Assembly (NCBI GenBank): GCA_051362555.1
Contig: CM120645.1
Coordinates: 2,108,001-2,172,000 of the forward strand
Length of the DNA: 64,000 nt
DNA from: Lingula anatina
Lineage: Eukaryota > Animalia > Brachiopoda
Direction of reading: 5' to 3'
Made by a program: the position numbers and the translations under genes. Under the pieces are notes generated by a model. It was not told where the DNA came from, did not search any database, and saw only the letters and a list, made by a program, of their open reading frames with translations. Below, piece by piece: positions 25,683 through 39,573 of the stretch; the first letter of the stretch is position 1; every line of letters begins with the position of its first letter.

Positions 25683-25956
25683 TGTACTTATGACTTTCAA
25701 AGAACGTTAAATGAAAAAAATCAACGTTTTAATTATTGTGTGACACATAGCCACTATAAGACTCGGTGTGTTAGGTGTTCCAAGTATGAAATAGAATATA
25801 TTATCAGGCGAGTGTGTTAGGTGTGACAATATGAGCGCGACAGCTTTGCTTATTGCTTACAAAATCAAATCTAGAAATCCCCCACAGTCTCTTGATGCTT
25901 TTGACCTGCAAGAACATGCCTTTCAGTGACACGATGATGATGGAGGCAAGAACACA
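22345..25956 (-). pseudogene. SLC26/SulP anion transporter, 3' part only (last TM segments plus STAS domain), probably a decayed partial duplicate
   Basis: Exons 25956-25861 (CVLASIIIVSLKGMFLQ), 25601-25495 (IWIVTFLGVVILDLKYGL), 24901-24831 (LYGRVPHSDIYRD), 24108-23905 (EIPGIKIF..LYYANAE), about 23446-23234 (HHIIVDCSAMAFVDAVG), 22927-22873, 22670-22546 (YLTVHDAV) and 22455-22345. The 71-nt exon breaks phase by +1, one acceptor is GAG, and no upstream exons are visible. Confidence 0.8.
25617..25676. repeat. (TA)n microsatellite; another at 57599-57674. (GA/CT)n at 23176-23210, 28388-28413, 51981-52013 and 59527-59570
   Basis: Direct reading. Confidence 0.95.
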
Positions 25957-27624
25957 CTGAAAAAAACACCTCGCTTTAATTAGAGTTACGAGAAAATTAA
26001 TTACTTTAAAAGCAAAGAATGATGGATGAACGTCGGGTGTGTGTGTGCTACTGAAAGAGTTGATCATCATAATTTTAATTTATATTTATAGTTAAAATTA
26101 CAACCTCACTACTCTTTTACAACTTCCTGCAGTTATTTTGCACAGCGCTTTCTAAGTACTGGTGCTTCTAGTATTAAGAAAACAGCACTGTTCTGGCGCA
26201 TTCTCCTTTATCTCGTCAATATTATTAGCAATGTGTTCGGTGCACTGATCTTTAAGTATTGACAAGTTAAACATCTGTGTCGTCGCCAATACGCTGATGC
26301 CCTGGTCACAACTCAAACCAAAAATTGATTTTGTTTTGTATTGATGTGATCATATCTGGGAGTGAAATAAAGATCCCTGTTTTTTATAAATATTGTCAAT
26401 ATAATTTTAAATGGGCTTCAGATGATATTCACCTGTACATCAGTCATTTAAGGAAAAAGTGATAAATCCATCTTGCCTGTAAAAAAATAGATAAATAAAT
26501 AAATAAATTTACCGATAGGAATAAAAGAAAATATAAATAAGAAATGAATTAAATATAAAGTTTTATTAGATTTACTGTGTACTGATCATGCTATATACAC
26601 TGTACCAACAAACCACATGAGAATGGCTGCCTTGTTGGACCGCTAGAGTTATGTCCAACTTCCCTCTAGCAAACGCAGGTGACTTGCTGATAGATCACAT
26701 ACATTGTATCTGACCTTAATACTCTAAACTGAGCATTTTTTAAAATAAAATTTTTCACTTCTATGCTCTTCTGTTTACATCACACCGATGCTATTCCCGG
26801 GGGTTCATCACACAGAAACAACATACCTCATTCCCCACAGGTTACCTGTACAATCCTAGGGTTAGCAAGGCTAGAGAATCATCAGCATACAGCCGTAGAG
26901 ATTCTACGAATAAAAAAACATTTAAGGCACGTCATTCATGTAGTGCTGTCTAGTTTTCGTTTCGAGATTGGCTAAATAACTAACACTATAGGTATGAAAT
27001 AGGTAACAATTTGCTGCAATCAAACAATCTAACCGCAATATTTGTCCAGATAAGAACCTGCGTTAGGTCGCTGTTAATCAATCATTATAAGTCACCATAG
27101 CGAGACTCTGTACGTGCATGCTATCTCTACATATAAAGGTGAAGGCGAAATGCAATACACATGCAGATAAGTGCTAGAAGTCGCCGAAATTTGATAATTG
27201 AAAAGTTTGTAAGGAGCAAAGTAGTAGTGAAAAAAGCGTAATTGGAAAGCGTTATTGGAATTAAGGAGCTTGAGTACCAGGTGACAACGCGACACTGAAA
27301 TATTTTATGACTCACAATGTCACCAACATCACCTGACAATATTGGAGAGACGCCATGTTACTTTCTTAGAGGAAAATCTTAACGCAGCTCAAATAATGTC
27401 ACTTTTGAAGACTTAAAATGTAAAAGGATCCGACTTCATCATGGAAAAAATCTAACAAAACTGTTTTTGTGCAAGAACTCACTGCGCTTGGAAACCCAAT
27501 GATGTATTTTTATTTGATGAGTGTAGAAGACTTCCCTAATGAACTTGTTTTGAAGAAATATTCGTAAAAGACTGCAGACAGATTGAATCTCAGAGGTACA
27601 GTATGGGGCTTACTATTTACAAAC

Positions 27625-27930
27625 TCACTCTCTCTCTCTCCTTTCCTATCCTGTTTCCTCCATTCTCTCTCTCTCCATTCCTTCTGTCCTATCCTGTTTC
27701 CTCCAGTCTCTCTCTCTCCATTCCTCCTCTCCTATCCTGTTTCCTCCAGTCTCTCTCTCCATTCCTCCTCTCCTATCCTGTTTCCTCCAGTCTCTCTCTC
27801 TCCATTCCTCCTCTCCTATCCTGTTTCCTCCAGTCTATCTCTCTCCATTCCTCCTCTCCTATCCTGTTTCCTCCAGTCTCTCTCTCTCCATCCCTCCTCT
27901 CCTCTCCTGTTTCCTCCAGTCTATCTCTCT
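27625..27930 (+). repeat. Pyrimidine-rich minisatellite, about 40-bp unit, 7-8 copies
   Basis: Unit CTCCTCTCTCCTATCCTGTTTCCTCCAGTCTCTCTCTCCATT. A single unit is present in the paralogous repeat at about 7295-7345. Confidence 0.9.
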
Positions 27931-28383
27931 CCACTTTTTTTATGAAAATGCATGAATATTATTAGTGACTACTATCACAAAGACTTCTACTCTTTTTCGA
28001 CAACATAAAATTTGGTTAGCAGCCTGACATGTATTGAAATATCCGCTATCTTTAAGAGGATTCTTTTCGAGAAAAATGGACCCAGTCACTGTACATGCAT
28101 ATACATTTAAATGAACGACCTGTTTCGTGTATACCCCTATATCTACTTTGATATCTCAAATGCTAAGAGTGATATTTTACAATGTAGTTCTAGTTTATGT
28201 ATGCTTATTTTGAAGGAAAAATCAGTCAAAACTATTTAGGCTTAAGATTGTCACGTAGAAGAAGTCTAAAAGGAGGCTGAAATAGATACAGGGATGGGAA
28301 CAATAATGGGAAGTTAGTTTTTACACGTTCAAAGCTAAGGATGGTCTTAATGATGATGATTGCGAATGAAGGGTTAATTTGCG

Positions 28384-28414
<31 letters not shown>

Positions 28415-29858
28415 GGCCCAGAAAACGAGAATTATGAATGTACCAATTTTCAGAAAGATTAGTATTTAAAACTATAATGCTTATGTGTACTTTGTCAGTG
28501 AAACTGAGGGATGTTCAATAATCAGTTAAACTGGTTTCCTTCCAAGGTGACCTTGAGGTTCCCATATCTGGTTGAAACTGGTTCTTTTATCTCTGTAACC
28601 TAACTGACGTTGAATATTGCTTGCACCAGCAGTCTCTAGAGAAAAACATTGAATCATTCTCCTGTGCGTTTCTTATAATATTTCAAGTATTTTTTTTAGC
28701 TATTTTACCGATCTCATTTACAACCGAACGTGGCTAGGATATCAAGTACATGAATAACAGTTTGATTGCTGATATTACATGCCCCTGTTAGTACAGCCTT
28801 GACTTATATGAAGGTCCTGTTTATTGACAACATCACCTGATTTTGCTGCTTGACAATTTAAAAGTAATATATAACTTATTAAACTAACTGTGACTGTGCA
28901 CAACTGCAAGATAGCAGACGTACCTGTAGAGTGTGGCAGCCAGCGAGAGTATGTGTGTGTGTGTGTGTGTGGGGGGGGGTCGTTAAAAGCAGCTTCTGGT
29001 AGCTCCCCTCGTATGTGTATATGGAATTTCAACCAACCCAAAGAGAAATGAAAGAAATGTTCTGACAGCAGCATTTTAGCTAGCTGACATATAATTATTT
29101 TACCTCCTTCCCTCAATTTTCTGTTAGCAGCATTTTAGTTAGCTGCCACATGTCTCCCCCCTTTCTCCTCTGTGCCCAGTTCTGTCCCTAAAATCAGCCC
29201 CTGGTACATCTATATAGGGTTTCAAACAATGCAAAAATAAATGGTGAAAATGTTTTGTTAGCAGCATTTTAGCTAGCTGCCACATATCTTCACCTTTCTT
29301 CTTCTTTGAATATAGACATTTAAGGCTAAACTCCTGAATCAGACAGTCTGCGGTCTAACAGCGTATCTATAATTATTTGAAAATACGCGTAAAACTACGT
29401 TTGTAAGATTGTTAAATAACTACATTACATCATGCACAATCTAATGGAATATTTTTAGTTACGAGCCATGAATTTAAAACACATTTATCAGACCTGCACG
29501 TTCAAAGACCTCAGTGAGGTCAGGAGACAAATCACCGTGATATCAACATCAGTACATGGGTCCACACGTTTGCCTGAAACGTTCATGAAATGCCGCAATA
29601 AATTATAAGATTTCAGATTGCCATGGGTATAAATACAACAAGATGGCCGATGTTAGTTACCACCCACACGTATTTTTACACAGAGTATGGTCAGATGCAT
29701 CCACCAAACGATATTTCTTCATTCATCGGGAGAGCAAAAATTGATCTGTTTTAATCAATATTTCATTATTTAACTATGACTAAGTTACAAAAAGCTGCTG
29801 ATGGAATACTTGAAACATTGAAAACCTAAAATTGAAATTTAATATGTTAGTAACTTGC

Positions 29859-32800
29859 CGATTTTTCTATATACTTTTGTGTAGTCAAAGTATTTACATG
29901 TAGTCTTGTTAACGATAAATGCTGAACTAAAACGTTTAAGATAAATTGCTGGCATGTATTGAAACTACTCAATGTATGGTGTCATTAAATTGGCGTGGAA
30001 ACGGTGTTCGTGGGTAATCAGTTACAGGACAGATTTGAGAAACCTATTTTAAAATGTCTACCTCCAAACTGCAGTTATAACACCATTGGTAAAGTGACAT
30101 GCGTGTAAATGCAAAGGAGTTTGTCAGTAAAAACACTGAAAATTTAGATATAATCCTATACATGTGCGTAAAGATAGTAATTTAGGTGTATTTGTCTAAC
30201 CTGCCCGTTACCTTAATGAAGAACAAGTATAAAAGTGGCGCAGCCCACTATGTGAATGTGACATCAAACACCATAACTTATAGGCATACCGGTGTGGCGT
30301 GTACCGCCGGGAGCGTGAACCATCCGTTCTGCTCATGCGCACTAAGCGCAGGCAAATCTTAGGGACTTCCGGCGTGTACAGTCCGTCTCTATAGAGTCGT
30401 CAATACATTCTTAGCCTTTCATAAACACGCGCTTTTGAGAACATACTGCAAATACAAACATAATCTTTAGAGGTATTCATATCTTATAGACGTTCACCTC
30501 TACTGCTATTTCCCTCAGGTGGCCATATCAACACACTAACCTAGTAAAATCAATACTAAAATAGTAGCCAGCACCTGAATAACGACGGCCCGTCCACGGT
30601 AGGTTTATTCATGCGTCGAACTGTAATTTGACGCTGATTCTCTATCAAAATTATCAATTGACACATGAATTTTATCCCCATCATAGTTAATGTATAATGA
30701 GGTAGGAAATGAACCAGCCGAATATAACAGTACAGGTGAATAACAACGGATCATTCACGGAACGGCTCATACACGCTGCTGCTGCGTGTAGAATAGGCCA
30801 GGACGGATGGTTCACGCAGAGCGGATCGTACACGTGACACCGGGGTATCCATATTTAAAATTTGAAATTTAGAAAATTTGATTTTGCAGGAAAATACCAA
30901 ATAGAATACGCTCTGATATTAACAGAGGTTCATCTCAGAACCCAATTTGCTTTAGTTGGGTCTTGAGTCTTGTGGGATATTTCAAGGTCTCCAAGGTAAG
31001 AACTCCGGGGGTTGTTCTTAGTCCTCGTTAATCTGAACATTTCTGCTTCGTGAAATCTTATAATGCGCGTTTGAAGAATTACAAGGATTCAATGTCCGTA
31101 GGACGAAAAATCCCAAGTGGGGAACTAGGGTGATTGACGTTAAAACTTTGAACGTACCCTAAATTGTACGACAACCCGCACAAAATAAAGAAAAAAGAGA
31201 TTAACGTAGATTTGTAGTCCACCTCCTCCTGCAAGAATCTAGACTACCAGCTGTCACAGTTTATCACTGATATCACGTTCTCTGCAAATACAGTCTAGAC
31301 TTTTGAGCCGTCCTGGTTGTTTACAACATAACCTAATTTTGCTGTCTCGATAGGGTGACAATTTCGAAGAACTTATGATAACCTGTATTGAACTTTGTGT
31401 GTACACAGCAGCATAGATAGCAGCTGGCAGCGTGGGAGCCATCGACTAAGGAGAGGTGGTGCGCTGTGCCTACTATTGCCGTTAAAATCAGTTAGGTCAA
31501 TTGGTATAAAAATTTGGCATATCATTCAATTAGAAGATAAAAGATATTTTTTTCTGTTTGCATCATTCAGCTAGCTGCGATACACCCCTCCTCTTTCTTC
31601 TCTTTGAATATAGACATTTAAGCCTTTACGGCTAAATTATACAGTCTGCAGTCCGCAGTCCGACAGCGTACAGACATAATTAAGTATAGGGGAGACCGGG
31701 GCTAGTTGGACCCCGGGGTAAGTGCCCCCCCCCCTGGTCAATTTATGAAAAAGTAACTACAAGGTAAAAAATTGGCCACATACTCTTGTAAAGTGACCGT
31801 AGCCTACAATGCTAAGGAAGTGTCGGCCGTTAATAAGTTTTACTTAAGCTGTGAGTCCAAACAAACGATTTTTCACCTAATCAGACGGCTGTGGGTCTTG
31901 TTCAGAGTTTATAATATAATATAATATAATGTAATATAATATAATATAATATAATATAATATGGAAGTTATGGTAATAATATTAAGATGTTGCTCTTGTA
32001 AAATTCTGAATGCAATGTTTGACGTTCTAACAATTATATTTAACACTAAATCAAAGAAAGATATGTGAGAAACCGATTTTGCAATTTCATTCATGTACCC
32101 GCGAATTGCAGTTAGACCTGATTGCAATTATTCCATCATTGGTAACATAGCATTTGTGCTAACGCAAAGGAACATAGTCAGTGAACACCGAAAGTTCTTC
32201 TTTTATCCAACACGCGCGTTCATAAAGACAGTAATTTTAAAACCCTCATATTATTTAGTGAGACAATAAAACGATGTTATGGAGCATTCTGTTTTATTTT
32301 ATCAATATTATTAGCAATGTGTTCGATACAATGATTTTCAAGTCTTGGCAAGTTCAACATCCGTGTCGTCGTCCATACTGACAATGATTTTGTTTGTGGT
32401 AATATCTGGGGTTGAATTAATGATTCCGGATTTCTATAAGTATCGTCAATATATTCTTAAATGGACCCCTGATGACACATAGTCAGTCATTTGAGAATAA
32501 AGCATGATAAATCGATATTACGCGTAAAAATAAATTTATTAATTAATAAATAAAAAAAAAATATTACCCACACAGTTTGTTTTTAATAGATCTACTGTGT
32601 ACTGATCATGCTATATACCAACAAATCACATGAGAACTGGCCACGTTCACAACGCATTGACCGGTCACAGGTGCTTTCTATTTGTTGGACCGTTAGAGTT
32701 ATGTCCAACTTCCTTCAAGCAAATGTAGGTGCATTGCTAATAGATCACTTGTCCGACCTTAAACTAAACTCAACATGTTTTTTTTTTTTTAATCTCACTA

Positions 32801-34020
32801 TCTGTGCTCTTCTCTTTATATCACACGGACGTTATTTCCGGGCGCTCACCACACAGAAAAAAACTCATACCCCACAGTTTAAACCCTAGGGCTGCTAAAG
32901 CTAGACAGACGTCAGCACACAGGCGCAGATATCAACGGGGCAAACCTTTAGTCATACATGTAACTCTGTCATACATATAAAAATCTATTTTAATTGGTAA
33001 TTTAATGAACATCGTGGGTATTAAATAGATAACATCCGGGTTCAGTCCGTTCAATCTGATTCATAGTCAATGCGTCATCCATATACACCGCAATATTTAT
33101 TCAGATTAGAGCCTGTATCAGAGGTCAGCACCCATGTGATCATTCGCCATAATATAAGGAGCTTCTGTGCGCAGTCTCATCATTTGAAGGTGAAGTCAAG
33201 ATGCTGTACACATACAGAACATTGCTTGAAGTCATCGAACTTTGATGATTGAACAATTTGAAAAAGAACAGATCAAAGTGAACATCACTTGCTGTAAAAC
33301 CAGTGGTAACTCATATTTGCGATAAAAAGCAATGTTTTTTTTTTTTGGAAATAAGGAGCTCCAGTACCAGATGACTACGTGACACGAAAAATATTTTTAG
33401 GACTCAATATCACATGACAACATTTGAGAGACGCCATTTGTTACTACATTAGAAGAAAATCTTAATGAATGTCACTTTTGAAGACTTAAAATGTAAAAGA
33501 ACCCGTCTTCATGATGGAAACATCTGACAAAACGTCTTTGTGCAAGAACTCACTGGGCATGGAGTACCAATGATGTATTTTATCTGCTGAGTGTAGAAGA
33601 CTTCCTTAATGAACTTTTCTGAAGAAATACCGTAAAAGACCGCAGATAGATTGATGTTTTAGAGGTACAGTTTGAGGCTTACTACTTGCAAACTCTCTCT
33701 CTCTCTCTGTCTCTCTCTCTCTCTCTCATATATACTATACCTCTTTTTCAGTCTTGTACATTTAAACAACATGGTAAATCCAAAGTTAAATGCTTCCTAC
33801 GTGTTAATTTGTCCCTTATGCCCAGTTCTGTCAACCAATAATAAGATTGAAAAGTAAATGCTTTCTCCCTCATCCCCTTCACTCTCTCCTTTATCATTCG
33901 TCCTCCCCCCCTCCACCCCCCTCTCCACTCTCGCCCAGTCTCTCCCTCCTCTCGCTCTCTTGTTATATGAGAGGTACAGCATGAGTCTGCCCATTACTAC
34001 TATCACAACGTCCTCTTCTT
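29859..34020 (+). repeat. Segmental duplication, copy B (matches 1-4240)
   Basis: Colinear high identity to the window start, including duplicated spurious ORFs (MAPTLPAA, MQSGLTAI, MRHPYTPQ). Confidence 0.92.
30293..30839. mobile_element. Ginger-like non-autonomous element (TGT...ACA, CCGG TSD); solo LTR not excluded
   Basis: About 40-bp imperfect TIR (TGTGGCGTGTAC..GCGTGAACCATCCGT). CCGG duplicated at 30289-30292 and 30840-30843. Empty site ATACCGGGGT at about 431-440. Confidence 0.75.
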
Positions 34021-34752
34021 AGATGATCATTTTTGACTTAGAACCAAATTACCATCAATCTATCTAGAGATATCTGTGAACATCTGCAAAAAAAATATAT
34101 ATCAGTCGCCCTGGTAGAGGGTACCAAATAGTAATACAAACATACCCTGTACGGCATTTAACAACTAAATTCACATTTCCACTTTTGTTTTCTGTTGGAT
34201 GCCTGAACTTAAATAGAAAACAGTCATTATTTGATTGTCTTGGTTGTTTTTGTTTGTTAGTTAGCGTTTATGTATGATGGACACCTTGGTGTCCGTATGT
34301 CATTATCAAGGTTAATAATTGTTTCGCTATTGTCATTCAGTCCCATCCTGCTTGATCTACCTCCAGGTTGAGTCAATGTAAAATTTATCATATCATTATA
34401 TCAATTAAGCGGACACCCTACTTCTGCTATCAATGCAATTGTGCACAGCTACACTTAGTTTTATACGTTATCCGATACTTCACAACTGTCAGTCAGCAAA
34501 ATCAGGCGATGTTTTCAATATTCAGGACCTAAGATCGCACGTAAATACCTAGATTTATAATTGTTTCGCTATGGTCTTCCCCTCCAGCTTGATTCAATGT
34601 AAAATTTATCATATCATTATATCAATTAATCGGACACTCTACTTCTGCTATCAATGCAATTGTGCACAGCTACACTTAGTTTTATAAGTTATCTATTACT
34701 TCAGAATTGTCAGTCGGCAAAGTCAGGTGATGTTTTCGATACTCAGGACCTA

Positions 34753-36320
34753 CATGGTTACTACTTAATATGGGATATTATTATCATTGTTATTTTTGAG
34801 TGTTGATTAAATTTTTTTAAAGCTTGATTCATCAAAAAAGTATGTCATTGGGTGATTGTGAGATATTTTGGTCAATAATATCAAATCTGACATAAGATGT
34901 CATTCAAAAGAAAAGAGCACCCCCAGAAAATCATATCAACAGTTTTACAGGGGTATGTCAGTACTAACTTTAAACTAGGATATTAAAGAAGATAATAGCC
35001 TCCGGACAGTGATATGTTACACAGTCAAATAACTCAATACAGTAAATCATGAAAAGTCATCAATAGCGGGTGTGACCTCCAACCGAGTTTGGATGGGGAT
35101 ATCATTTCACACAGTGAATTTTAATTGCCTGTTGCAGTTCATCACTATTTACCGGCCGACGGCCATAGTTATGGATTCTGTGAGTAACTTAATTCCGCCC
35201 ACAGATTTTCAATTGGGTTCATATCTGGGGAGTTTGCAGGCCAGGGTAGTTTCTGAACCCATTGGTTTTGAAGAAACACAATGATTCTGCGAGCTCGATG
35301 TGGGGTTGCGCATTCGTCTTGGTACACAAAGTTGTTCCTGAAGATGACTCTTACCAATCGAAGCATTGTTTGCTGTAAAATGTCTCTGTAGGAACCCTGG
35401 TTGAGGTTGCCTCCTAGAAAAACCAAATGGTTCTGGGCACCGGCCTGAAATGCTCCCCAAACAGAGACCACACCACCCCCTGCTTGCACCCTAGTGCACC
35501 CATTGCACAAACATTGATGTACCCTGTATGCCCCTCGTACACGTCGGCGATCAAAAAAATCCATATCTGGCCTCATCACTGAAAACGACGTGATTCCAGT
35601 GGTTTGCCTCCAAACGCACGTGGTCCCCAGCCCATTGCAGGCGTCGCTGTATATGACCTGCTGTTAACAGTGGTTTCCCTACTGGTCGTCGTGCAAAATA
35701 ATTTGTTTACGAGGGACCTGGAGACGGACGTTTGAATGACATTGTGCCACTCTTTTCTGAGGACACTGGTTGTCTTTGTACGACCAGCACGGCGCACTCT
35801 AAGGAGAAGGCGGTCCTGTCTTCTTTGTGTGTTAAGCGGACACCCTGGTCGAGGTATTGGAGTAGGTGCCCCTGTTGAAGCATTTCTTTGGAGGACTTTA
35901 CGAACGGTTCCTGATAAATGTTGAATTGCTTGGCAATGGCTGTTCGTTTCTGGTTATTTTCTCTGAGAGCAAGAATCTCATGGTAAGCTGTGTTGCTTAA
36001 TTGTCGAACCATATCTTCTCTAAGGTACCTGTCAAGTTTCAGAGCGATCCCTATGGTGCTTCTCTAAATACACTCCAAAGATAGACCAAACCCATGCGTT
36101 TTTATACAAGGGCAGGAATTGCCGAAAAGACCACCCCTAACACTTCTGACCACAGAGAAGGCAACTGCATGCATCAATTGTTTCGAGAGTTGTGTGGTAA
36201 ATAGGTAACACATCTGGCTATGACACCTCAGTTTTGGATCTAAAATAGTAAGAGAAGAAATAAATATTTTGCTGAGAATTTACTCGCAAAAATAATATTC
36301 CATATTAAGTAGTAAACCTA
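34753..36320 (-). mobile_element. Tc1/mariner DNA transposon, degenerate transposase
   Basis: TIRs GGTTACTACTTAATATGG / CCATATTAAGTAGTAAACC flanked by TA. Frameshifted ORF pieces from ATG 36012: HTH-like N-terminus, VVFSDE, VSVWGAF, YQDECATPH, WPANSPDMNPIENLW (Tc1 DDE signature). Confidence 0.92.
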
Positions 36321-38849
36321 TATTTTAAATTAGTGCAGCCTAGTTTTTAGATCGGTCCTGGTTATTGTCAACAACACCTGATTCTGCTGGGTCGATCGGT
36401 TCCAATTTTAAAGTTATTCATAACTTATTAAAGTATTGGTTGCGCAACTGCCTTGATAGTAGCTGGTAGAGTGTGGCAGCCGGTTGGGGGTGGGCGGGGG
36501 GGGGGGGGGGAGGGGGCGCTGAGCCCACCTCTGGTGGTAAAATCACTTAGGTCCTTTGGACAAAGATAAATTAAACATTGTAAGTTTCAATTTGTTTGAA
36601 GCCAACATAGAAAAGTAAAGCCTACGTATAGCTTGGCACAAAAAAGTAAGATCCTTTTCAAGAAATCTTTTCCCATTTTTAAGGTTCCTGTAAGTGAATT
36701 ATTTATTGTGCAATAATCATAACTTTTTTACACCTCCACCCCAACAGAACTAGACCACAAGGTTTTGAGGTTTTGGTTTTGAGGTTTTGAGAAAATTGTT
36801 CGCGTCTACGACACCCATAATTTGGTAGGCAAAAGAAGTTTCAATAGAGCAGACACCCCTCTACCGCAAATTGGTTTGATTGCCTCTGACTCGTCAAGAT
36901 ATGACGTCGGTGCAAATTGTGCATAGTAATAAGAAATAAAACATACAGTATTTGTATCAATACTGACACCTAAAATCTCGGTGCTTATAAGTTTTGTTTC
37001 CCACTGGAATTCTGTGTGGACGAATGGTTATTCTCTTAATTAAGCACTCCTCATTTTTTAAACATATACGTAATTATGTGCTTTATATGTACATGTAATT
37101 TGATAAGATAAGTAAAAAAAATCACATCAGCGTGTTGTTACATCTATGTATTTTTCATCTTGTGATCAATTCCTCCATACCTCCAATTCCTCTCAATATA
37201 GTCATTGATCTGTGTTGGCGGGTCAGCTATGAAAATATTGGAGGTAATATTACTTGTCAATATTGGCTGTTAAATGAATAATTTTTTAAAACTTTATTCT
37301 CATAATATAACACATCTGATAAAACTCTTCTCTGACAAAGAACAATTTATTGACACGATCGATATGCATTCAGTTGCGTTTTCCTGCTAACAAATGCCAA
37401 TTTTACAATAATTAGACCCGTACTTTAGACTTGATTCCTTGATCTGTTAAGCCAGATACAACTGCCGGTTAAACATATTACCACTTTTTTGTGGTTTGGA
37501 ACTTTTCTGATTATTATATACTTGCTCTATTTTATTAAAAAAAAACTGAAATAATTTAATCCAATTTGTAGGAACTCGTTCAGATGGGGATCTTTGTTAT
37601 CAGCCGTTTTTATGAGCCTTAAATTTACACCTAAAACGCAATCTTGAATTTGATGAAAACATCACAAATCACTATACCCGAATTTATCGAATTTTGTCGT
37701 ACTGTTGGGCACTATGCCCTTACTATTAAGCCATAATTCCAAGTACGTGTTAGATTGGTACCTGATATAATCAGAAATAACGCTTGATTAGGTGCAAAAA
37801 AGGGGAACTCAGACGCCATTTCGCACTTAAACGCAGGATGGGGATCAACATCGACCATTGTAAGCTCCCATGCAGCGTTTTGTTTTCTCACTTGAATCAC
37901 CTGCACAAAATATTAGCCTGTGTTGAAGACATTAGCAACGGCACAAAAGTTCTAATTCAAAGCGCATAATGTCAATACCGTTGTATGCCTTTCAATCAGT
38001 TGGGTCAAAAGAGCAATTTGGCATTGGGTCACCTAATAATACAATGCCATTGTTCTGTGAATTTCGCTTAAATTATAAAACTTGGATGATTAAATGATAG
38101 CAATGGTCCGGAAAATATGAACGGTATTAAAACTTGATAGCAAGACCCTGGTGCCTCATATGTATGTATCAACCACAGGGAACAAATTTGAGAATATCAG
38201 ATGACAATTTAGCACTGAAAATATTTTATGTCGCAATATCAACAATATCACCTGACAGCCTTTGACAGAAAAGTGCCTTGGCATGAATAATCGATACATT
38301 AAAGGACTCCAAAACAAAAGGATTTTTTCCACAGATCTGGACCTCCCACTGATGTTAGAGCATTAAGGTCCAATAGCACATAAAAATGGAAGATCCTTTT
38401 GGGATAATCTTTTTCCATCTTCTATACCCTTTCTGTACCATTATTTTATATCCATTCAAAAAAACCACGTTTCTTAACTTTTTTGGTCAAGCGTATACTA
38501 AGTGTACAAATGCACATACTAATATAAACTACATCGCTCTTCATCATCATCATAATACGCCCTTCCCCCAAACGTTTACAGCCAGCGTTTATTCTCCTCC
38601 AGCATTCAGCAAGCCTGTGACTTTATTCCCCATTTATTTAGGACACGCATCTTTGTTTCTCCTTGTCATTTCCATTTGCTGTATTCCATCTATTCACATT
38701 AAAATATTTCAAATTTATTTGTTAAAAAATGATGCATTAGATACTTACAATTTGATGTAATTAGACCCACAATGACTGGTAAAATTTCCATTTTCTATTC
38801 AATTTCAGAGGAGGCACGGAAAGACATAGAAGTGACAGATACCAGAACC

Positions 38850-39573
38850 ATGGCAACAGCAATAGAGTCATACACCGGCTCCGACCAGGAGAATTTTTTC
38901 CGTTTGTGCATTTTAATCGTTGACTATGCCCTGACGGTCTTGCAAGATGTTCTTCAGGAAGAGCTGAAAAAAAAGTACCCCAATTTATTTGACCCCAACA
39001 CGGGGTTGTTATGTAGGGTGCTTCGTGATGGAACTATCAGGAAAACCCTGTTTAGGTTACCAGTATTTAATAAGCAGCAAAAAGACCAACTGTATCCTTC
39101 TGGAAATCCCTCCACATCAGTAACTGTTGGTGATTTGGACATAACATTGACTGTGCTTTTGCTGAGAAACATAACAAAACTGGTAACCGGGACCAAAGCA
39201 TGGGACAACCCCTCCGACAGCGATAAATCAACAGAAGCCGAGATTGGGCGAGTTAAAAGATATCGGAACGTTGATTATGCTCATATAAAAGGGACAGCAA
39301 TCAGTTTGGATGTTTTTCGAGGAAAATTTTCAGGTCTGAAGTCCAGTCTCCTGGCTCTCTCTACTGTACCTCCCAAATACACTGCTGACGATTATGACAA
39401 AATTTTGTTTAAACGCCTTGACACTATTGGTCCTGATTTACGGAAGGAGTATCAGGACGCTATGGAAAGATTGTACAATTATGACAAAGACTTGAAAGCC
39501 TTAACAGACACAGTGAACAAAAACCACGAAGAAGTTATGAATCAGTTAAAAACAAATGAGGAGAATGAAAAAG
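38850..39573 (+). CDS. Copy 2 first coding exon: DZIP3-like HEPN domain plus coiled coil
   Basis: Paralogous to 10215-10905. Retains DLDITLTVLLLRNI and RYRNVDYAH. Acceptor ends 38808, donor GTATCC at 39574 (phase 1). Confidence 0.85.

Noticed and set aside
27583-27965. Two 120-aa repetitive ORFs and a CRISPR-like periodicity
   Set aside because: Head-to-tail minisatellite with no unique spacers and no cas genes.
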